DNA from: Eledone cirrhosa
Lineage: Eukaryota
Direction of reading: 5' to 3'
Assembly (NCBI GenBank): GCA_964016885.1
Contig: OZ024743.1
Coordinates: 81,530,001 to 81,594,000, forward strand
Length of the DNA stretch: 64,000 nt
In this document: positions 58,339 to 64,000 of the stretch, piece after piece
How the letters are laid out: each line of letters opens with the position of its first letter
Numbering within the stretch: position 1 is the stretch's first letter
Notes under the pieces: model-generated
Databases searched by the model: none
What the model saw: only the letters and a program-made list of their open reading frames with translations
What the model was told of the DNA's origin: nothing
Program-made: the position numbers and the translations under genes

Positions 58339-58814
58339 TATGTGTGTATAACTATGTGTGTATATAGGTGCTACTGGTAACATGTATCCCAGTACAACCT
58401 GTCTCATGGTCGAGTCGTTGGCGACTAAACTGGTAACCCCACCAAGGTTTCTTGGTGAGGAGGGTGACTTTGGACATCCTGCAGGACTAAAAACAAAACC
58501 TGTCAAAAGGCAAATGAGCTCTTAAGAGTCAATGGCCATCCAAAATCACCGGGAGAGATGACCCCTTAGCCTTTGTCAAGGCAGAATTCTAGGAGAAGGA
58601 AAACTCTGATATAACACCTGCAACCCTGATGGTATCCAATGATGTTGACTTGTTCTACTTTTTGGTAAATATCATCTTGGTTAAGAGAGTGGGACTGGCT
58701 TTGTGCAGTGCCTTTGCTCACTATAAAAGCTTCACGGCACAGGCATTGCTTTATATCTGGAGATCTCTCTGCACTTGTCGTCGCATGGTACCATGGGCCT
58801 AGCACTATGTGTCA

Positions 58815-58960
58815 ATGATTGTCACAAGTGTAGTGTTTGTACCAGAGTTTTCAAGTCGCTGGCTGGACTAAAAAGTCACACTGGTTTAGCGCATCGGTAG
58901 GTGTTCTACTACGTAGATATAAAGTAGTGGCCGTACTCGAAAACGAGTTGGCAGCCACCA
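58815..58960 (+). mobile_element. Possible RTE-type LINE 3' end with C2H2 finger
   Basis: HKCSVCTRVFKSLAGLKSH by manual translation. Confidence 0.4.
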
Positions 58961-59277
58961 TATAGGTGGTCCATACATGTATTTATTATATTTTAATATC
59001 TCTATGTGTGCATCGATCGTGTATACATATATTTATTTTTTTAATATCCAATTGAGTTCTTAAACACGTGCTTATAATACCTAACAGGTTTAAATGACCA
59101 GCGTGTATATTGTTTTATATTTTAAGATGATCTCCCCTTACCCTCTTGGGGGCAGCGTGTATCTTATCTTTATAAGGACTGCTGGCCTTTCGAATCTAGC
59201 AGTCTCTTTAGCGCTGAAGGAGACCATCACTAATTTATTAATGTCGATGTAATTTTTATATCGATATTATTTGGGCA

Positions 59278-59401
59278 TCCACTGATGAGTTTATAAGAGC
59301 CCGCTTGTGTATAAGACTATGAGTTATATACAAGTTTCTACATAACCTGGACATTATTTATCCCAAATTCTAGAAATCTTATAACGAAACGATCGTCTGG
59401 A
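59278..59401 (+). ncRNA. Type I hammerhead ribozyme with large branched stem II
   Basis: TCCA-CTGATGA-GTTTATAAGA..78 nt..TCTTATAAC-GAAA-CGATCG-TC-TGGA. Confidence 0.78.
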
Positions 59402-59582
59402 AGGAAAGAGATATTTATTTAATTATGTCTCATATAAAATAATACAACCATCTATCCACGAAATACTGAATAGTTAGCACTCCAAACACTAAATTGGGAG
59501 AATACTTAGGTATATCCTAATGTTTGTTGAGTGAGATGGAGTTGGTCAGAGTATCGCTTAAGGCTTTCTCTGTTAATGTATC

Positions 59583-59622
<40 letters not shown>

Positions 59623-60052
59623 TAATATTTGATGAACATTTACATGTTATAGTTGCAATTGACTAATAAGATCGCTAGAGTGAAAAATCTTAATTCAACA
59701 ACATAAGGTCTGCCTGTACGATCTAGAAAATAATAAATCAATACTCACAGACTCATATGGGCAAAAAGCCTTTATACTGCTCAGAAGCGATTCCTAGAGC
59801 TGAAATGATTGTAAATGACCTCTTTGAGTCTAAACTCTAAGCTATTTATTTATATATATATATATATATTTCTCTCTATAAATTTATATATATATATATA
59901 TTTATAGAGAGAAAGAGAGATTTGGGGTAAACAGATACATAAGCACCACATACATACATTCATGTTTCGTTATGTGTCTGTGTATCTGTCTATGTGTGTG
60001 TATGTGTGTGTCTGTGTGTGTGTTCGTCTGTGTGTGTGTGTGTGTGTGTGTG

Positions 60053-60110
<58 letters not shown>

Positions 60111-60459
60111 TGTGTGTGTGTGTGTGTGTGTCTGTATGTGCTACATATATGGGAAACAGCTTTTCTTTGAGACAGGTTGTAAGATAAAAGTTGACCACTG
60201 CTGTATTCTAGTTTTACTTCATATTTTGCACATTTTCGTATGAGTACTTCGTACAAGGTGGTTGGATAACATTCATGAGCTTGGCTGGTCTCCCTTGGGG
60301 AATCAGCCGGACCAGTTGGAGAGAGTTGCTTCTGCCAGGACCTGCTGGAGGGAGTGTTTGAGGTCTCTGCTACCACGACCCTTTCAAGAAGAAGAAGAAG
60401 AAGAAGAAGAAGAAGAAGAAGAAGAAGAGAAGAAGAAGAAGAAGAAGAAGAAGAAGAAT

Positions 60460-60920
60460 GTCCTACATCCCTGATAAAGGGAAGGGGGAGGGGATAGCAA
60501 GAGCTCTGGTGTCGCAGAAGAGAGGGAAGTTGTGATTGGGGAGTGTGGTTGGGCTTTGGGCCTGGCCTAGGGCAAGAGGGCAGAAGTGCTGCGACCCCGC
60601 GGCCAAGACCGCAAAAGCATTCCCACGGACAATGGCCAGTGACAACCGCTGCAACAATCATCCAACCTCGTGGGGCTCTCCCAACGCAGACGGGCCGCCG
60701 GCGCTCCGATCTTGCGGAGAGGCTCGGCAGTACGGGTTCCAAGAACACCCGAGGTCTCGGCGGTGACTGTTGCGAAGAGGATATCGCCGGGAAAACCCCG
60801 GTATTTATTTATTTTACGTTCTTCTGCGAGGTGGGCCGCAATGCCAGGATTTGTGGCCGAAGCGACTAAGTTGGAGACGGAGAACGTGTTGTAGCAGCTG
60901 GCGTCCCAGATGAGGGATCT
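60460..60920 (-). mobile_element. CRE-like RLE retrotransposon 3' fragment next to a (TTC)n tract
   Basis: WDASCYNTF..AEERKINKY..AETSGVLG..LQRLSLAIVRGNA; (GAA)n at 60386-60458. Confidence 0.75.
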
Positions 60921-61019
60921 ATCTCCTTGTCTTATTTATTCCTGCACTTAGTACTTGCTCTGTATTTTGGAAATTATTTATCCATAAGTCACAGATCTGT
61001 TCTAGTTCAAACAAGAGAA

Positions 61020-61330
61020 ATAGTCCTTCAGATTCACATCTCTATGCACCCATCATAGACACCCATGGTAACATCGATAGCTTCTCCAGAGTTGTTTTGT
61101 TGTGCTTTTTAGCAAGACTTCTGCCTCAAAATCGTCAACAGTTTCCAGCAGATATTTCGTGCCATGTATCTATTGATATGCGACGTCACAGAGATAGGCC
61201 GGGAAACCTTAGCATCTGCTCTGCTTTCTCCTTTCTGGATAGGTCACATCTTACATAAACTTTTAGAAGTATTTCCTATTTGAGGTGTTTCTGTTAAACT
61301 TTGTTTCATACTTATTTAAGACTCATTGGG
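61020..61330 (-). mobile_element. Highly decayed PLE RT relic
   Basis: DVTMGVYDG motif near 61040-61080 resembles the PLE RT motif FDVTMGSYDGAE; boundaries uncertain. Confidence 0.35.
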
Positions 61331-62203
61331 AAGCTTTCAGTGCTTGCTGGTGATTTTAGATATATATTTTTGGCTGGTATTATACCTTCATTCTCTATGT
61401 TGATGCAATGATGGTTGCCAATTTCATCCTAATATAGACTTGCAGTGTTGCAGGACTCACCTTTCTTATATTATTTCTATAGGTCCCACCGGGTAAGTGA
61501 AAATACTTGTAAATTTTTCATTTCGTATTTCCCATGCCCTTCTGGGGATCTGCATTCCCCGAGCTATTTGCTTGAAACAATGGTCCTCTTTTGTAATGCA
61601 CTGGAATTAACTCTTTTACAAATTTATAAAAATAATTTAGGGATCGGCCTTATGTTTTCTGCTTGTCCCCAACCCCTAACTCTCTCTCTCTGTCCTCCCT
61701 CTCCCTCTCTCTCTCCCCCTCTCTCTCTCTCCCCTCTCTCTATCTATCTCTCTCTCTCTCCATTCCCTTTCAAAAAGGAACTATTTAACTTCATTCTCAA
61801 TTTCTAGGAGTGGCCTTCTTCAGTGGGATTTTATCCTCCGTGATTTGTTCGTTTAACCGATTAAAGATCTTTATTCTTTCTCTCAGCAAAATGTTTCTAA
61901 ACTGGGGAATTTTTCTAAATGTAGGCCTTACTCTTTGGGACACATTTAATGCTCACAAACTTGCATTATTAACATACATTAATTCCGTTCCATGCCATTA
62001 TCTTGTATATATATATATATACATTGGTAGAGAGAGAGGGGGGGGGAGAGAGCGAGAGAAGTCGAGTCAGTTCTGTTTGAAGAACTCTTTTTGGATTGAT
62101 TTCCAGTGGGCTTTGTAGGAATTCATTACACACACAAATATATATATACACTGAGAGAGAGACAAACACACACCCTTGCTCTCCTCTCTCTCGTCTCTAT
62201 ATA

Positions 62204-62259
<56 letters not shown>

Positions 62260-62400
62260 TATATACACAGATCGATAACGAAATATGCGTACGATGTATT
62301 ATTATCACCTAGGAAACGATCGTAAAGCAGTGAAGTATTTTCCCTAATGACTTGAATTTTTATTTCATTGTTTTTAACTTTTATATATATATATATATAT

Positions 62401-62491
<91 letters not shown>

Positions 62492-62506
62492 GGTATACAG
62501 AAATAA

Positions 62507-62658
62507 CAACACAATCGGTACAGTATATGGAGGGGATATATTAGGTTAACGCTTGATATAGCAGGAAGAAGGGTCTTACCGTTTCGGACGTTAGCCTTTC
62601 ATCAGAAGAATGATTGAGAAATAGGATAGATTGAGGGGACGGGCGGGTTGGAATTGGA
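62507..62658 (-). mobile_element. pLTR-like repeat with HHR-like motif at 62574-62609
   Basis: Homolog of 25232-25380. Confidence 0.6.
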
Positions 62659-62746
62659 AAAAATGTCTTTGGATAAATATAACAGGTCCATTCATGTTGA
62701 CATCTCTTGCAAAACTGTTGGTGCTAGCGTTTTTGTGTATAGAGAG

Positions 62747-62818
<72 letters not shown>

Positions 62819-62819
<1 letters not shown>

Positions 62820-63026
62820 ACGAAGGAAATGTGGTTAAGGAACCAGATGGACCATAAAGCACCAAAGTACTCAATACTTAGGGTAGTAGAGTGGGGTAAT
62901 AGGAACGAGTAGGACTCCGACGGCTGAGCTCAAGCCGTTTCGACGGCTAATTTTGGACTAAAATCTTTTAGTCCAGAATTAGCCGTCGAAACGGCTTGAG
63001 CTCAGCCGCCGGGGTCCTACTCGTTC
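62819..63026. mobile_element. Mini foldback: 124-bp palindrome plus one-sided extension in (TA)n
   Basis: Arms 62903-62963 / 62966-63026; each arm carries the 3' half of an HHR (GAAA-CGGC..GCCG-TC). Confidence 0.75.
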
Positions 63027-63135
<109 letters not shown>

Positions 63136-63542
63136 TATATATTGTTCATGTATGTATGTATAGTATGTGTTGTGTGCATGCGTTTCAGAGAAAGAGAGAG
63201 AGAATTTGAAGCTCGTGTATTTAATTCTTTTACTAAAAACAATAGGTAAAATCCAACTAAAAAGAACTCAATACCCAAGTAGAGTCTAAAGATTTCAGTA
63301 GAAATATATTATAACTGTCACTTTTAAATTTTGTTATTGACGACGAAACAACGAATCCTAGTCACAATGTCGCCCTTAATACATTTTCATATATCAATCG
63401 TTAATCAGATGTTTCTGACATGTGACACGGCCCCACAATACCTTCTACTGACTGTACCCTACACACTATAAACTTTGGGGTAAGTCATGCTCCAACTACG
63501 GTGACATAACAGATTCTCTGTTATGTTACCGTAGGTCCAGCA

Positions 63543-63792
63543 TAGCCGAATGGTTAAGAGGTTCGTTTCGCAATCAATAGGATCCGGGTTCAATCCCATC
63601 GAGTGGAATCTCCTACATGAGGCATTTGCTATAGCCCCGAGTCGACCAATGTCTGATAAGTGGAATTGGGTAGACAGAGACTGTTTGGAAGCCTGTCGCA
63701 TAGACTGTATCTATTGTGCGTTCAATTCCTGGTGGGGAGTTGTGTGCTTGAGCAAGACACTTTATTTCACATTGCTCCAGTGCATTCAGCTT
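63543..63792 (+). mobile_element. tRNA-derived SINE fragments
   Basis: A box GCCGAATGG and B box GGTTCAATCC; second B box at 63720 followed by CTTGAGCAAGACAC. Confidence 0.6.
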
Positions 63793-64000
63793 TCTAGTTT
63801 GTCATACACTGTCTCACGTTGAATCTCCCTGAGAATTACGTTAGGTGGAATGATTAGCCACTTATAAGTTAATTTCATGTGCAGGCTGATTTAACAACTA
63901 AAAAACTCATCGTCGAAACCGATGGACGTCCATTGTTATCGCCCTTCCTTATACCTCTTATTCTGCACATGTTGATGTCTATCTACCTACAACACCCATA

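Noticed and set aside
58815-58880. Host C2H2 zinc-finger gene
   Set aside because: Single isolated finger without TGEKP linkers; better explained as a LINE C-terminus
63543-63610. tRNA gene
   Set aside because: A and B boxes are present but I cannot form a complete cloverleaf; SINE head is more likely

Overview
AT-rich, microsatellite-saturated animal DNA. The SINE family and repeat landscape suggest an octopus or other cephalopod (inference). I found no convincing host protein-coding gene; most ORFs in the track are microsatellite or antisense artefacts. Positions 1-9.9 kb are a chain of non-LTR retrotransposons separated by (ATT/TAA)n tracts: Tx1/L1-type copies on + and R4/Dong-type fragments on -. 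The rest is dominated by Penelope-like elements (PLEs; RT + GIY-YIG) and their pseudo-LTR derivatives, mostly in (TA)n tracts. These include a very young head-to-head inverted PLE (26053-32795, 2.7-kb arms, one visible substitution), two more coding PLEs, several MITE-looking foldbacks and ~80-120 bp collapsed remnants. By hand-folding I find more than 20 type I hammerhead ribozyme (HHR) motifs in about 11 sequence families. They include a recurrent non-canonical CAGAAGA core, a U3-A8 covariant core, a branched stem II and a retrozyme-like repeat. SINEs, CRE, RTE and mariner fragments and two minisatellites are also present. All alignments and folds were done by eye.
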